Shown here piece after piece: positions 16,907-26,581 of a stretch of DNA of 64,000 bases. Below the pieces are notes generated by a model that did not search any database, was not told where the DNA came from, and saw only the letters and a program-made list of their open reading frames with translations. Position numbers and translations under genes: made by a program. Source of the DNA: an uncultured Candidatus Saccharibacteria bacterium (GTDB taxonomy: Bacteria > Patescibacteriota > Minisyncoccia > Phycocordibacterales > XYD1-FULL-46-19). The stretch is taken from positions 31,187 through 95,186 of the forward strand of contig CAZXCI010000003.1 of NCBI GenBank assembly GCA_964639285.1. Reading direction: 5' to 3'. Positions within the stretch are counted from its first letter, which is position 1; every line of letters starts with the position of its first letter.

Positions 16907-19195
16907 TTGACAAAATATGCTAATATGGTGCAAATGAAAAGGACTTTTTTTTCTTTTAGGAAGATTGCTCGGCTTATCCTCTTTGGAGGTATACTTATTT
17001 TTCTGTTTGGAGGGTTTTCAACAATTTGGGCCATTACCCTTCCCGTCCCCGACTTTGAATCTTTTTTTGAAAAACAAATTACTGAACAGTCAACAAAAAT
17101 CTACGATCGTTCAGGGGAAATATTACTTTATGACGTTAGAGGGGTCAGGCAAACAGCTGTCGGTTTTGCCGAGATTCCATCAGCTATTAAACTAGCCACT
17201 CTCGCAATAGAGGATGCTGGCTTCTATCAACATCAGGGAATACAACCAAGCTCTATAGCCCGAGCTTTCTTGGTAAATTTTAAATCTGGCGGGGTTAAAC
17301 AGGGTGGTTCAACTATCACTCAGCAGGTTGTTAAGAATTCTCTCCTAACCAGAGACAAAACTCTTACTCGTAAAATTAAAGAGGTTATCTTGTCTGTTAA
17401 ACTAGAAAAAACGATGTCTAAGGATGAAATACTTAATGTCTATCTAAACCAAACGCCTTACGGTGGCAACATTTATGGTGTTCAAGAGGCTTCTCGAGCT
17501 TATTTTAAGAAAGATGTCCGCAACATCACGCTTGCTGAAGCTGCTTACTTAGCTGCGATGCCTCAAGCTCCAAATTATTATTCCCCTTATGGAACACATC
17601 GCGACAAATTAGAAGAGAGAAAGAACCTTGTTCTTGATCGTATGTTTGACGTTGGTTTTATCACAAAAGATATTCGCGATCGAGCCAAACAAGAGAGAGT
17701 TGTTTTTTATGAAAAAATAAACCAGAGCATTAAGGCCCCCCACTTTGTCTTCTGGCTTAAAGATTATCTAGATAAAAGATACGGTAAAGATAATATTGAA
17801 ACAAACAGTTTTAAAGTTATCTCTACTATTGATTGGAATCTGCAACAAAAAGTTGAAGAATTAGCAAAAACATACGGCGACCAGAATGAAAAGAATTTTG
17901 GTGCCCAAAACAACAGTGTTGTTGTTATTGACCCGAGAACAGGACAGATTCTCGCTCTTACGGGGTCAAGAGATTACTTTAACCAAGAGATTAGTGGTAA
18001 CTTCAATGTCGCTACCGCTCATCGCCAACCAGGATCATCTTTCAAACCTTTCGTCTACGCGACAGCCTTTAATAGGGGTTACACCGACAAAACAATCCTC
18101 TTTGACCTCAAAACAGAGTTCAACACCAACTGTGACCCAACAGGAAAGCCTTTAGCTGGAGCAAAAGCCTCCGATTGTTATATGCCTAGAAACTATGATA
18201 ATACATATCTAGGTCCAATGACCCTAAGAGACGCCTTAGCCCAATCAAGAAATATCCCGGCGATCAAAGTTCTTTATCTTGCAGGTATTAACAACTCCCT
18301 TGCCACAGCCAAAAAAATGGGAATTACGAGCCTTGGGACAAAAAATCAATATGGTTTAACTTTAGTTCTTGGTGGTGGTGAAGTTTCCCTCCTCGAAATG
18401 ACTGGGGCTTATGGAGCCTTCTCCCAGGAGGGTGTTAAACATGAGACAGTTGGTATTCTTAAGGTGACTGGCCCCCAAAATAACACCTTAGAAGAGTACA
18501 CTGATAAAAGTGAGCAGGTTCTACCAACAAACACAGCAAGAATGATAAGCGATATCCTCTCTGACAACAAAGCGAGACAGCCTGCTTATAGCCCAAACTC
18601 TCCCCTCTTCTTCCCAGGACGACAGGTGGCAGTAAAAACAGGAACAACAAACGACTATAAGGATGCCTGGATTATTGGCTACACCCCAAGTTTTGTAGTT
18701 GGAGCTTGGGCTGGCAATAATGACAACACTCCAATGGAAAAAAAGGTGGCCGGGACTATTATTGCTCCACTTTGGCATGCAGTAATGGCTGAGGTGACAA
18801 AAAATACCCAAGCTGAAACCTTTATCCCTCCTTCAATTAATTATGTTGGTTTGAAACCGGTTCTAAGAGGTTTTTGGCAAGGGGGACAAATTAGAGATTT
18901 TTATCTACCAACAATTCCAGGCCAAACAGCAAAAAAAGTAGAAATACTTACTGTTAATGCTCATTCTATTCTTTATTGGCTAGACAAAAATAACCCCCTT
19001 GGCCCAGCTCCATATAATCCAGAAGCTGATCAACAGTTCAGACTTTGGGATTACCCCGTTCAAATGTGGTTTAGAACAAATAAACTCAAAAATGGTCAGG
19101 AAATAATTATTGATCAACCAGAAAACAAACAAGGACCCTTAGAACAACTTATAAATATTTCTTCTTCAACAGCCAGCTCAACTCTTCCTAATTAA
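16907..19195 (+). CDS. Class A penicillin-binding protein (transglycosylase/transpeptidase)
   Basis: EDAGFYQH, GGSTITQQVVKN, RKIKE, SSFK, SRN, KTGT. Confidence 0.95.
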   Translation: MTKYANMVQMKRTFFSFRKIARLILFGGILIFLFGGFSTIWAITLPVPDFESFFEKQITEQSTKIYDRSGEILLYDVRGVRQTAVGFAEIPSAIKLATLAIEDAGFYQHQGIQPSSIARAFLVNFKSGGVKQGGSTITQQVVKNSLLTRDKTLTRKIKEVILSVKLEKTMSKDEILNVYLNQTPYGGNIYGVQEASRAYFKKDVRNITLAEAAYLAAMPQAPNYYSPYGTHRDKLEERKNLVLDRMFDVGFITKDIRDRAKQERVVFYEKINQSIKAPHFVFWLKDYLDKRYGKDNIETNSFKVISTIDWNLQQKVEELAKTYGDQNEKNFGAQNNSVVVIDPRTGQILALTGSRDYFNQEISGNFNVATAHRQPGSSFKPFVYATAFNRGYTDKTILFDLKTEFNTNCDPTGKPLAGAKASDCYMPRNYDNTYLGPMTLRDALAQSRNIPAIKVLYLAGINNSLATAKKMGITSLGTKNQYGLTLVLGGGEVSLLEMTGAYGAFSQEGVKHETVGILKVTGPQNNTLEEYTDKSEQVLPTNTARMISDILSDNKARQPAYSPNSPLFFPGRQVAVKTGTTNDYKDAWIIGYTPSFVVGAWAGNNDNTPMEKKVAGTIIAPLWHAVMAEVTKNTQAETFIPPSINYVGLKPVLRGFWQGGQIRDFYLPTIPGQTAKKVEILTVNAHSILYWLDKNNPLGPAPYNPEADQQFRLWDYPVQMWFRTNKLKNGQEIIIDQPENKQGPLEQLINISSSTASSTLPN

Positions 19196-19196
19196 A

Positions 19197-19448
19197 TTAT
19201 CTTAGGTCCCCTATTTTTAAACCTTGCTCCTTAAAGACAGAGAGTATTTTTTCTTTTTTTAAAATAAGCTCAAGTTTATATTTTGGTTTAATCTTTAAAA
19301 AAAGGACCCCCTCTTTCAGTCTTACTTCCTCATTAGTAATAGTTAAACCTGTTTCTTTTTTTATTGTCTCAACAATTAAAGACAACTCAAGGGCCTTATT
19401 GTTAAAGAGATTTTGATAGCGAGCCAATAAACCACCAATTAATTCCAT
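19197..19448 (-). CDS. Small hypothetical protein downstream of dnaN (possibly DciA/DUF721-like)
   Basis: Co-oriented with dnaN; GVLFLK...KLELILKKEKIL pattern; family assignment is inference. Confidence 0.6.
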   Translation of the reverse strand: MELIGGLLARYQNLFNNKALELSLIVETIKKETGLTITNEEVRLKEGVLFLKIKPKYKLELILKKEKILSVFKEQGLKIGDLR

Positions 19449-19450
19449 TT

Positions 19451-20554
19451 TTATTTATTAATAGGCATCACGAGATAAAGAAAGTTTTCATCCCCTACTC
19501 CAGATATTAAGAGAGGTTGGTTTTTATCAGTAAAACGAAGATAAACATCATCGGCGCCTATTGACGGCAAACAATCTAAAAGATATTTGGCATTAAAACT
19601 GCTTTCCAAATTATCTCCTTTTACTTTTGTAATTAAAGAAAAGTTATTTTCCCCAATATCTTGATTGCGAGAACTTATCTCTAAAGTGTTTGTTTTATTA
19701 TCAATTTTAAAGTCAATCTGATTGAATTTATCAGTAAAAATGTTTGATAATTTGAGGATACTAGACAACTCATCTTTTTTAACATTAAGTTCTGTTTTGA
19801 ATTTTGTTGGAATAATTTGTTGATAATCAGGATAAGAACCATCAATAATTCTAAGAGTTAAATATAGGTTGTCGGTTTGAATCGCCAGCTGATTCTTATT
19901 AAAACTAACAATAAGGTTTGCTTGGAGCCCATCAATTGTCTTTATTATCTCAGTGACACTCTTAAGAGGAATAATTAGAGCAATTTGTTCTTTAAATTTA
20001 TGGTCAACAACTATCTTTTTTTCGACTAGACGGAAAGAGTCGGTTGCAACAAAAAATAATTCATTTCCTTTATTGTAAACATAAACACTAGATATTTCAG
20101 GTTTAATATCCGATAAGGCAGCAGCAAAGATAACCGACTTTAACCCAGCGGTTAAGGTGGTTGAATCAATAGTAAAACCATTTTCTTGATTAATTTTAGG
20201 AATAATAGGAAAATCATCAGTATTTAAACCTTTTATTAAAGTATTAGTATTTTCTGTTGTTATTTTAAGATTATCGCTTATTGTCGTTAATTCAACTTTT
20301 ATCTCTTTATTTAAATTGGAGAGAAAATTATTTAAAACAGTGGCACTAACGGTAATTGATCCAACTTCTTGAATCTTGGCCGGAATTTCTATTTCTACCC
20401 CAACCTCTAAATTTGTTGATTTTATAATTAAAGCCTTATTGCTCGTCTCAAGGAGAATTGATCCTAAAATTGGTAAAGTTAAATTACGACCAGCAACTCG
20501 CTCAGCAATTGCTACTCCGTCCTTTAATTTATCTTTTACACATTCAATTTTCAT
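19451..20554 (-). CDS. dnaN: DNA polymerase III beta clamp
   Basis: LPILG, STNLE, VATDSFRL, GSYPDY, FNAKYL, LVMP. Confidence 0.97.
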   Translation of the reverse strand: MKIECVKDKLKDGVAIAERVAGRNLTLPILGSILLETSNKALIIKSTNLEVGVEIEIPAKIQEVGSITVSATVLNNFLSNLNKEIKVELTTISDNLKITTENTNTLIKGLNTDDFPIIPKINQENGFTIDSTTLTAGLKSVIFAAALSDIKPEISSVYVYNKGNELFFVATDSFRLVEKKIVVDHKFKEQIALIIPLKSVTEIIKTIDGLQANLIVSFNKNQLAIQTDNLYLTLRIIDGSYPDYQQIIPTKFKTELNVKKDELSSILKLSNIFTDKFNQIDFKIDNKTNTLEISSRNQDIGENNFSLITKVKGDNLESSFNAKYLLDCLPSIGADDVYLRFTDKNQPLLISGVGDENFLYLVMPINK

Positions 20555-20757
20555 ATTTTTTATTTTTAAGACTTATTAATATTAAACTTGTGGATATGTT
20601 GATAAGTTTAATATATCTTTATAGATAAAGAGTTTTTGTTTTTTTAAATTACCCATTCCTGTTAATTAAAGTGTTTATAAAAATCTTTTTTAAAATATCA
20701 ATTCAACTCTTGTTTTTTATCCCCAATTAATACTAATCTTTATCCCAATTTTTTCCA
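20555..20757. promoter_or_regulatory. Candidate oriC (dnaA-dnaN intergenic region)
   Basis: AT-rich, with DnaA-box variants TGTGGATAT (20589), TTATCCCCA (20717), TTATCCCAA (20740) and TTTTCCACT. Confidence 0.7.
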
Positions 20758-22137
20758 CTAGCTATTAACATAAAGTAAAGACCTGATCTGTTCTACTTCT
20801 TGATTTAACAGAGAATCTGTTTTTATATCTTTTTTTATTTTCTCATAAGCGTGGATAACGGTTGTGTGATCTCTTCCTCCCAATTTTTGCCCAATATAAG
20901 GATAAGATGTATTAAAATCCTCTCTTAGTATATACATAATAACCTGTCTTGGTTTTACAATCTCTTTACGGCGGGTCTTTTCATAAAGAACTTTTTCTTC
21001 AATATTATAATAATTGGCAACAACACCGAGAACGTCCTTAATTGAGAGGGTTTTTTGTGGCTTGGTGTTGTTTTTTATTATCCCTTTAACCTCTTGAAGA
21101 GTGACATCTCTTTTTTTTGCTTGAGCTTGGCAAATAATAGAATTAAGGGCCCCTTCCAACTCTCGAATACTATCTTGGACAACAGAGGCAATGTATTCAA
21201 TAATTTCTGGAGCTAGAGAGAGATTGTTTACCTTAATTTTATTATTTAAAATAGCTAATCGAGACTCATAATCTGGTTTGGCAACATCAATAATTGTTCC
21301 TCCTTCAAAACGAGATCTTAAACGTTCTTCAAGACTTGGTATATACTTAGGCGGTTTGTCAGAAGAAAAAATAATTTGTTTATTATTTTCATAATAATGA
21401 TTAAAAAGATGAAAAAGCTCTTCCTGAGAATGTTCTTTATTGGAAAAAAATTGAACATCGTCAATGATTAGGAGGTCATATTTACGATAACGCTCTTTGA
21501 AAGCGTTACCTTTATTGTTTTGGATATTATTAATAAGTTCAACTATAAAATTCTCTGAGGTTATATAATAAACCGTCTTGTTTGGGTAGTTCTTCTTGAG
21601 CTGGTTGCCAATAGCCTGAAGAAGATGTGTTTTACCTAATCCTGTACCCCCATAAATAAAGAGTGGATTATGAATTGTTCCAGGATTTTTAACAATCGCC
21701 TGGCTAGCAGCATAGGCGACATCGTTAAAAGAGCCAACTGTGAAGGTTTCAAAAGTGTATTTAGGGTTAAGATTACTCTCTTTGTTGATATAGAGGTCTT
21801 TCAAGCCGAGATCGTTCACAATTAAGGCTGTTTTGTCCCCCTGAGAGCCCTTGTTCTTCTGTGAACTGTCTTTTTCATCATTTCGACTGATGATGTACTC
21901 TATTGAGCGTACCCCCTCCTCTATCTCGCGCAGGGCCTTAAGGATGAATTTGTGGTACTTAGTCATAAGCCAATCTCGAACAAAGGCGTTTGGGACTCCA
22001 ATATAGATGACACCCTCGTCATTCTTAACAATATGGGTGTTTTTAAACCAAGTACCAAAATTGGCTTTAGAGAGAGATAATTCTATCTCGTTGAGGGCGC
22101 TATCCCAGAGCTTCTTGTTATCTAAAATACTCTCCAT
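20758..22137 (-). CDS. dnaA: Chromosomal replication initiator DnaA
   Basis: LNPKYTFETF, NPLFIYGGTGLGKTHLL, LIIDDVQF, RELEGAL, GGRDHTTVIHA. Confidence 0.98.
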   Translation of the reverse strand: MESILDNKKLWDSALNEIELSLSKANFGTWFKNTHIVKNDEGVIYIGVPNAFVRDWLMTKYHKFILKALREIEEGVRSIEYIISRNDEKDSSQKNKGSQGDKTALIVNDLGLKDLYINKESNLNPKYTFETFTVGSFNDVAYAASQAIVKNPGTIHNPLFIYGGTGLGKTHLLQAIGNQLKKNYPNKTVYYITSENFIVELINNIQNNKGNAFKERYRKYDLLIIDDVQFFSNKEHSQEELFHLFNHYYENNKQIIFSSDKPPKYIPSLEERLRSRFEGGTIIDVAKPDYESRLAILNNKIKVNNLSLAPEIIEYIASVVQDSIRELEGALNSIICQAQAKKRDVTLQEVKGIIKNNTKPQKTLSIKDVLGVVANYYNIEEKVLYEKTRRKEIVKPRQVIMYILREDFNTSYPYIGQKLGGRDHTTVIHAYEKIKKDIKTDSLLNQEVEQIRSLLYVNS

Positions 22138-22161
22138 AGCAATTGTCCCCATTATAGTGAT

Positions 22162-22222
22162 TGTGGATAAACAAGCAAACTTCCCTAATTTGTTTATATA
22201 TGGTGGATTACTTGTGGATTAT
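22162..22222. promoter_or_regulatory. DnaA boxes in the dnaA-rpmH intergenic region
   Basis: Perfect TGTGGATAA at 22162-22170; variants GGTGGATTA and TGTGGATTA. Confidence 0.75.
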
Positions 22223-22266
22223 TTCAAACCTTGCCAAAAGACAAATTTTTGTTATACTAGCGGGGT

Positions 22267-22407
22267 ATGTCATTTACCTACAAGCCATCTAAGAAGAAAA
22301 GAGCTACCACTCACGGCTTTTTGTCTAGAACCAAAACTGCTAATGGTAAAAAAGTTTTAGCTCGTCGCCGTACTAAGGGACGAAGCAGTTTGTCTGTTTC
22401 TAAATAA
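22267..22407 (+). CDS. rpmH: 50S ribosomal protein L34 (not in the ORF track)
   Basis: [46 protein letters not shown]; conserved position. Confidence 0.97.
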   Translation: MSFTYKPSKKKRATTHGFLSRTKTANGKKVLARRRTKGRSSLSVSK

Positions 22408-22758
22408 ATGCTTCCTAAAAACAGGAGAATATCCACCTCTCTTCTTCTCCCGGCGCTTAAAAGAAGCACTGTTTATTCTTCTGAAAATCTAACCCTCAGA
22501 ATTCATCGTCTATCCCCTAATGAACAAACTAAACCCGCTAAAATTGCCATTATCGTCCCCCGTAAGGTCAATAAATTAGCTGTTGATCGTCATCTAAGTA
22601 AAAGAAAAATTAGCGCTTTTTTAGAAAAAGAATTAAAATTAATTAAGCCTGGCCAATATCTTATTTTTCAAATTAAGAAAGATATTGCCAAGCTCCCTTC
22701 TTTAGTGTTAGCACAAGAGGTTAAGGGTCTTCTTTTAAATCATGATTGCCTTTTTTAA
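22408..22758 (+). CDS. rnpA: Ribonuclease P protein component
   Basis: MLPKNRRI, KVNKLAVDRHLSKR (RNR-like motif); rpmH-rnpA-yidC order. Confidence 0.9.
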   Translation: MLPKNRRISTSLLLPALKRSTVYSSENLTLRIHRLSPNEQTKPAKIAIIVPRKVNKLAVDRHLSKRKISAFLEKELKLIKPGQYLIFQIKKDIAKLPSLVLAQEVKGLLLNHDCLF

Positions 22759-23488
22759 AGTTATCCTCTTTATTCCCCTATATAACCTCCTTGTTTTTAT
22801 TACCTCGGTTATTCCTGGTGGAGATTTGGGCTTAGCAATAATTATTCTAACGCTTTTGGTGAAACTGCTTATTTTTCCTCTCTATACCAAGTCTGTCAGA
22901 ACTCAAATCAAATTAAAATCGGTAGAAGCGAAACTAAAAGAAATCAAAGAGAAATATAAAGACAATCTCTCCGAACAGTCTCGTCAAACAATGGAACTTT
23001 ATCGACAAGAAAGGATTAATCCTTTCTCAACAATTATTGTTCTTTTTATCCAAATCCCAATCATTATCTCTCTTTTTTATGTCTTTAGAGATAGCTTTAC
23101 TATCCACACTGAGATTCTTTATTCTTTTATCACCGCTCCTCTTCAGATCAACACCAATTTCTTGGGTTGGTTCGACTTGACGGCGAGTAGGAACATTATT
23201 CTGGCGGCCTTAACCGGAGTCACTCAATATCTTCAGGTTCGTTATTCTCTTCCCCCTCCCCCCATTAAAGATAAAAAAGTTGGTGAATCTTTCAAAGAAG
23301 ACTTGATGCGTAGTATGGACCTTCAGATGCGTTACTTTATGCCCCTAATAACTGTCTTTATTGCCTTCACTCTTCCCTCGGCTATTGCCCTCTACTGGAT
23401 AACAAGCAATAGCTTCTCAGCCATCTATGAGTTAATGGTGATTAAGAAAATAAAGAAGGAAGCCGAGCTTTCTAAAGTGGCAAACTAA
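22742..23488 (+). CDS. yidC: Membrane protein insertase YidC (short form)
   Basis: GLAIIILT, MELY, IQIPI, PSAIALYWITSN. Confidence 0.94.
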   Translation: MIAFFKVILFIPLYNLLVFITSVIPGGDLGLAIIILTLLVKLLIFPLYTKSVRTQIKLKSVEAKLKEIKEKYKDNLSEQSRQTMELYRQERINPFSTIIVLFIQIPIIISLFYVFRDSFTIHTEILYSFITAPLQINTNFLGWFDLTASRNIILAALTGVTQYLQVRYSLPPPPIKDKKVGESFKEDLMRSMDLQMRYFMPLITVFIAFTLPSAIALYWITSNSFSAIYELMVIKKIKKEAELSKVAN

Positions 23489-24719
23489 AAGATTGGAGAG
23501 AATTATCTATTTTGTTAATAGCATAGATCCACCCTCTCTCTGGAGCGACAATAAGATTTACAAGGTCGAGAGAACCTTTAATTGGGGCGATTAGAGTGAC
23601 AGTCTTTTGTTTCAGGTTAACCTTCCAAATATCATCAGAAAAAGTAATTTTGCCTTGGTACCAGTTGTCGGGGTATGAGCCAGTTGGAATTGTTTTTGGC
23701 ACAGCACAATAGAGAGTGTCACTGTCTTGCCACAAGCATTTCTCGGGCAGGGTTTTAACTCCAACTGGTAAGGCTTTTTCTGTTTTTACATCATGTAAAT
23801 AGAGATCAAGAAGACCTAAGTTATTGCGAGAAAAAATAATCTTGTTTCCATCAGGGGAAACGCTTGTCGTTAGGCCGTTGATACCACTAAGAATTTTGAT
23901 AAAAGATCCAGTGTTGGGATTAAGAAAGTAGAGGTGGCCAGAACTACGAGCACTTGGGGTGGTGGTAAGGCTGATGATGTCACTTTTGGGCCAAGAAGCT
24001 TGCCAGTCACCATAAGGGAAGGACCAAACCTTCTTCTTGTTTTTCCCTGCCCAGTCATTAACGTAGCCTATTACCCCGGATCCAGATGTCTCTAAAGTAA
24101 AAAATTTGCTTCGGTCTGGGGAGACAGCAATTGCCGAGATATTCGTACCTAGAGCTTGATTTTTCAACGAACCAAGTTCTGTCCCAACTGGTTCTTTGAT
24201 GAGTCCAACAAGGGTGATAGTTTGGTCGAATTGGTAAAATCTAGTAATCAGTCTTTCTCCCGTTTTGTCTTTCCCCCACAAGACCTCTTGGATGTTGGTG
24301 AGAGTCTCCCCGGTGAGGCGAGAGAGATCATTTTGACTGGTTATTTCGTAAATATTACCACTTGATTTCTCAACAAAAAGAACTCGTTCTGTTTTACCCT
24401 CTCCTGCCATCGTTAGTCCAATGGCGCTAGTTCCGGCTATGGTCGGATTGATTATTGGTTCTGGTTGGTCAAAAGAAATAATGTTGGTCGGCTGGTTTGC
24501 GACGTTGGTATTGTTGGAAAAGCCAGAGTTAGAGATCATCGCTCCCTCGGGGAAGAAATTCTCAGGCACAGGAGGAACCTCTGTTCCAGATTTAACTCTC
24601 AATGGCCACAAGCTGGTTAGACTAGATGCCCCGCCTTGAGATAAGACTATATAACCAATAACTCCGAAGGAAGCAATGATGAGGACGATGAGAATGATGA
24701 TAATTACCTTTTTTATCAT
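23472..24719 (-). CDS. Membrane-anchored extracellular beta-propeller-like protein
   Basis: N-terminal TM; repeated SPDR/SPDG turns; TLPEKC.W...LYCAVP....PDNWYQG. Confidence 0.7.
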   Translation of the reverse strand: MIKKVIIIILIVLIIASFGVIGYIVLSQGGASSLTSLWPLRVKSGTEVPPVPENFFPEGAMISNSGFSNNTNVANQPTNIISFDQPEPIINPTIAGTSAIGLTMAGEGKTERVLFVEKSSGNIYEITSQNDLSRLTGETLTNIQEVLWGKDKTGERLITRFYQFDQTITLVGLIKEPVGTELGSLKNQALGTNISAIAVSPDRSKFFTLETSGSGVIGYVNDWAGKNKKKVWSFPYGDWQASWPKSDIISLTTTPSARSSGHLYFLNPNTGSFIKILSGINGLTTSVSPDGNKIIFSRNNLGLLDLYLHDVKTEKALPVGVKTLPEKCLWQDSDTLYCAVPKTIPTGSYPDNWYQGKITFSDDIWKVNLKQKTVTLIAPIKGSLDLVNLIVAPERGWIYAINKIDNSLQSFSLPL

Positions 24720-24725
24720 AAGAAA

Positions 24726-25133
24726 TTAAATCGCATCTAGTAGTAAATTAAGATTAAGTAGGTCGGGATTTATTAAATTAAGTAACAGATAAGAGGTCAG
24801 AGCGATAAATAAACCCAGAAGAGCTTTCCGAATTTTACTTTTACCATCAAGTTTGATTCCCGGGATATCGGATGTAATATATTCAAGTCCGCCAAGGATA
24901 AAATAAAAAACAGTCGCACTGATGATAAGGACAAACATGAGGAGATAAATGGTCTTAAGATAATCAGTTAAGCCATATTCTGTTGGTTGTGTTCCTCCTT
25001 GGTCGATGATAATCGTGGGTTCAAGCAAGGTGTAACCATCAACGGCGAAAGCAAGAGACATTGGTAAATTGAAAACCATGAAGCAAAAAGTCATTAAACA
25101 GAGGGAGACTAATTTTCTTTGGAAAGGGGTCAT
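24726..25133 (-). CDS. VirB2/TrbC-like pilin
   Basis: Signal-like N-terminus and two hydrophobic helices with the GG.EYITS...GK.KI..ALLGL...SYLLLNLINPDL pattern. Confidence 0.7.
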   Translation of the reverse strand: MTPFQRKLVSLCLMTFCFMVFNLPMSLAFAVDGYTLLEPTIIIDQGGTQPTEYGLTDYLKTIYLLMFVLIISATVFYFILGGLEYITSDIPGIKLDGKSKIRKALLGLFIALTSYLLLNLINPDLLNLNLLLDAI

Positions 25134-25137
25134 ATCT

Positions 25138-26139
25138 TTATTGTAATGGTTTAAGTAGGCCATTGCCATATTTAATAATAAAAGAATTATTGGCAGACGA
25201 AAGGAGGCTTTGAGCTAAGAAATTTACAAGATTAGATCCAGAGACCTCTGTGGATCTTCTCAGGGTAATTGCTTGGGGGTCATCGGATTTTCCTTGGGCA
25301 TTGGATCGGTCAATTTGCCAAGAATATTTGTAGTCATTGTCGTTTCCCAAGGGTAGAAAATAGGGTTCAGCTTTGATAGTGACTTCCTCCTCAAAGAGAG
25401 GGTATTCTTTAGGAATAATCTTTCCGTAAATTACCCCCTCCAGAGGCTTCTTCTCATAAAAAAGAACTTCTGGCGAGACAAGATTGATGACCACGTTTTC
25501 GTTGGCCGTTATGTTGTCGGTGACGCTCTTGGCCTCAACTTCAAGTTTAACTTGAGAAGCCCCCTTGTCTGTTTCTAAAGAAATAACATTTTTCCCTACG
25601 CCCGAGAGGTTCGTCAGAATCGCCCCATTCTTTTTCCAAGTATAAGATAGTTTGGCGGGATCTATTTTTTGTCCAGACCTACTTACAATATAGGGCAGGG
25701 CGACAATTTTTATCTTAGCCCCAGCGCTAGGCAAAGCCTTCCCCTTGTAAGGGCCAGGCTTTGAGGTCTTAGTTTCCCAAAAGAGCTCTAGCTCGGTTGG
25801 GTCAAAAATGAATGTTTTGCTCGCTTTTTGTCCTCCTCGAGCTTGAACATAAACTGAAATTTTTGTTTGGACTCCGACGGGGCCGAGATTAAAAGAAAAT
25901 TTATCAGTCCCAATACCGCGACTTTTTAGCTCATTGTCAACATACCAACTTATTACGCTGGTGTTTATTTTGAAACCATAACTCGATAAACCAATAGTGA
26001 CTGTCTCCCCCGCTCCTGGGCTAGTCGGGCTAACTTCAGCAACCAAATTATTATTCATACTCGTCTCTTGGAAAGCTTGTAGCCCCAAAGGAAGAGCCAG
26101 GAGGAAGAGAGTTGTAATTAAGGGGATTTTTTTAAACAT
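25138..26139 (-). CDS. Secreted Ig-like beta-sandwich protein
   Basis: Signal peptide; repeated W-centred strands (ISWYVD, YTWKKN, YSWQID); PYKGKALP. Confidence 0.65.
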   Translation of the reverse strand: MFKKIPLITTLFLLALPLGLQAFQETSMNNNLVAEVSPTSPGAGETVTIGLSSYGFKINTSVISWYVDNELKSRGIGTDKFSFNLGPVGVQTKISVYVQARGGQKASKTFIFDPTELELFWETKTSKPGPYKGKALPSAGAKIKIVALPYIVSRSGQKIDPAKLSYTWKKNGAILTNLSGVGKNVISLETDKGASQVKLEVEAKSVTDNITANENVVINLVSPEVLFYEKKPLEGVIYGKIIPKEYPLFEEEVTIKAEPYFLPLGNDNDYKYSWQIDRSNAQGKSDDPQAITLRRSTEVSGSNLVNFLAQSLLSSANNSFIIKYGNGLLKPLQ

Positions 26140-26144
26140 CTTAT

Positions 26145-26579
26145 TTAAGTGGCAACACTTCTGGCCTTACCAAGTTTAGAACCACTTAGGGCCTTGGATA
26201 GTGCTGCCGCTGCTTGTGGCGATAATTTAGCGACAAGATCTTCGCTATAAGTCATCGCTAGAAGTATTATAACACTTAAAGTTATGGTTGGTATATTACT
26301 AAGAAGAGGAATAACTTCGATCAAATAAGAAACACCCACTGTCATGGCTTTTCCTGGTTTAGCATAACTGACTCCAAATAAAGAGAACCAGGTGAAGAAG
26401 GTCAGGAAAGACCAAAAAGAAATGAGCGGATTAATAATCCAGCCGAGAAGGCCAAAAGACAGGAGATCAACTAGGTTTTGAGAACCATCATAAATTAACG
26501 CCACACCAACCATCAATATGCCGATAAAGACATGGATTCTTAATTTGGGCTTTTCTTTTTTCTTTTCATCATTCTCCAT
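26145..26579 (-). CDS. Membrane protein in the T4SS-like operon
   Basis: Several TM segments; co-transcribed after virB4. Confidence 0.7.
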   Translation of the reverse strand: MENDEKKKEKPKLRIHVFIGILMVGVALIYDGSQNLVDLLSFGLLGWIINPLISFWSFLTFFTWFSLFGVSYAKPGKAMTVGVSYLIEVIPLLSNIPTITLSVIILLAMTYSEDLVAKLSPQAAAALSKALSGSKLGKARSVAT

Positions 26580-26581
26580 TA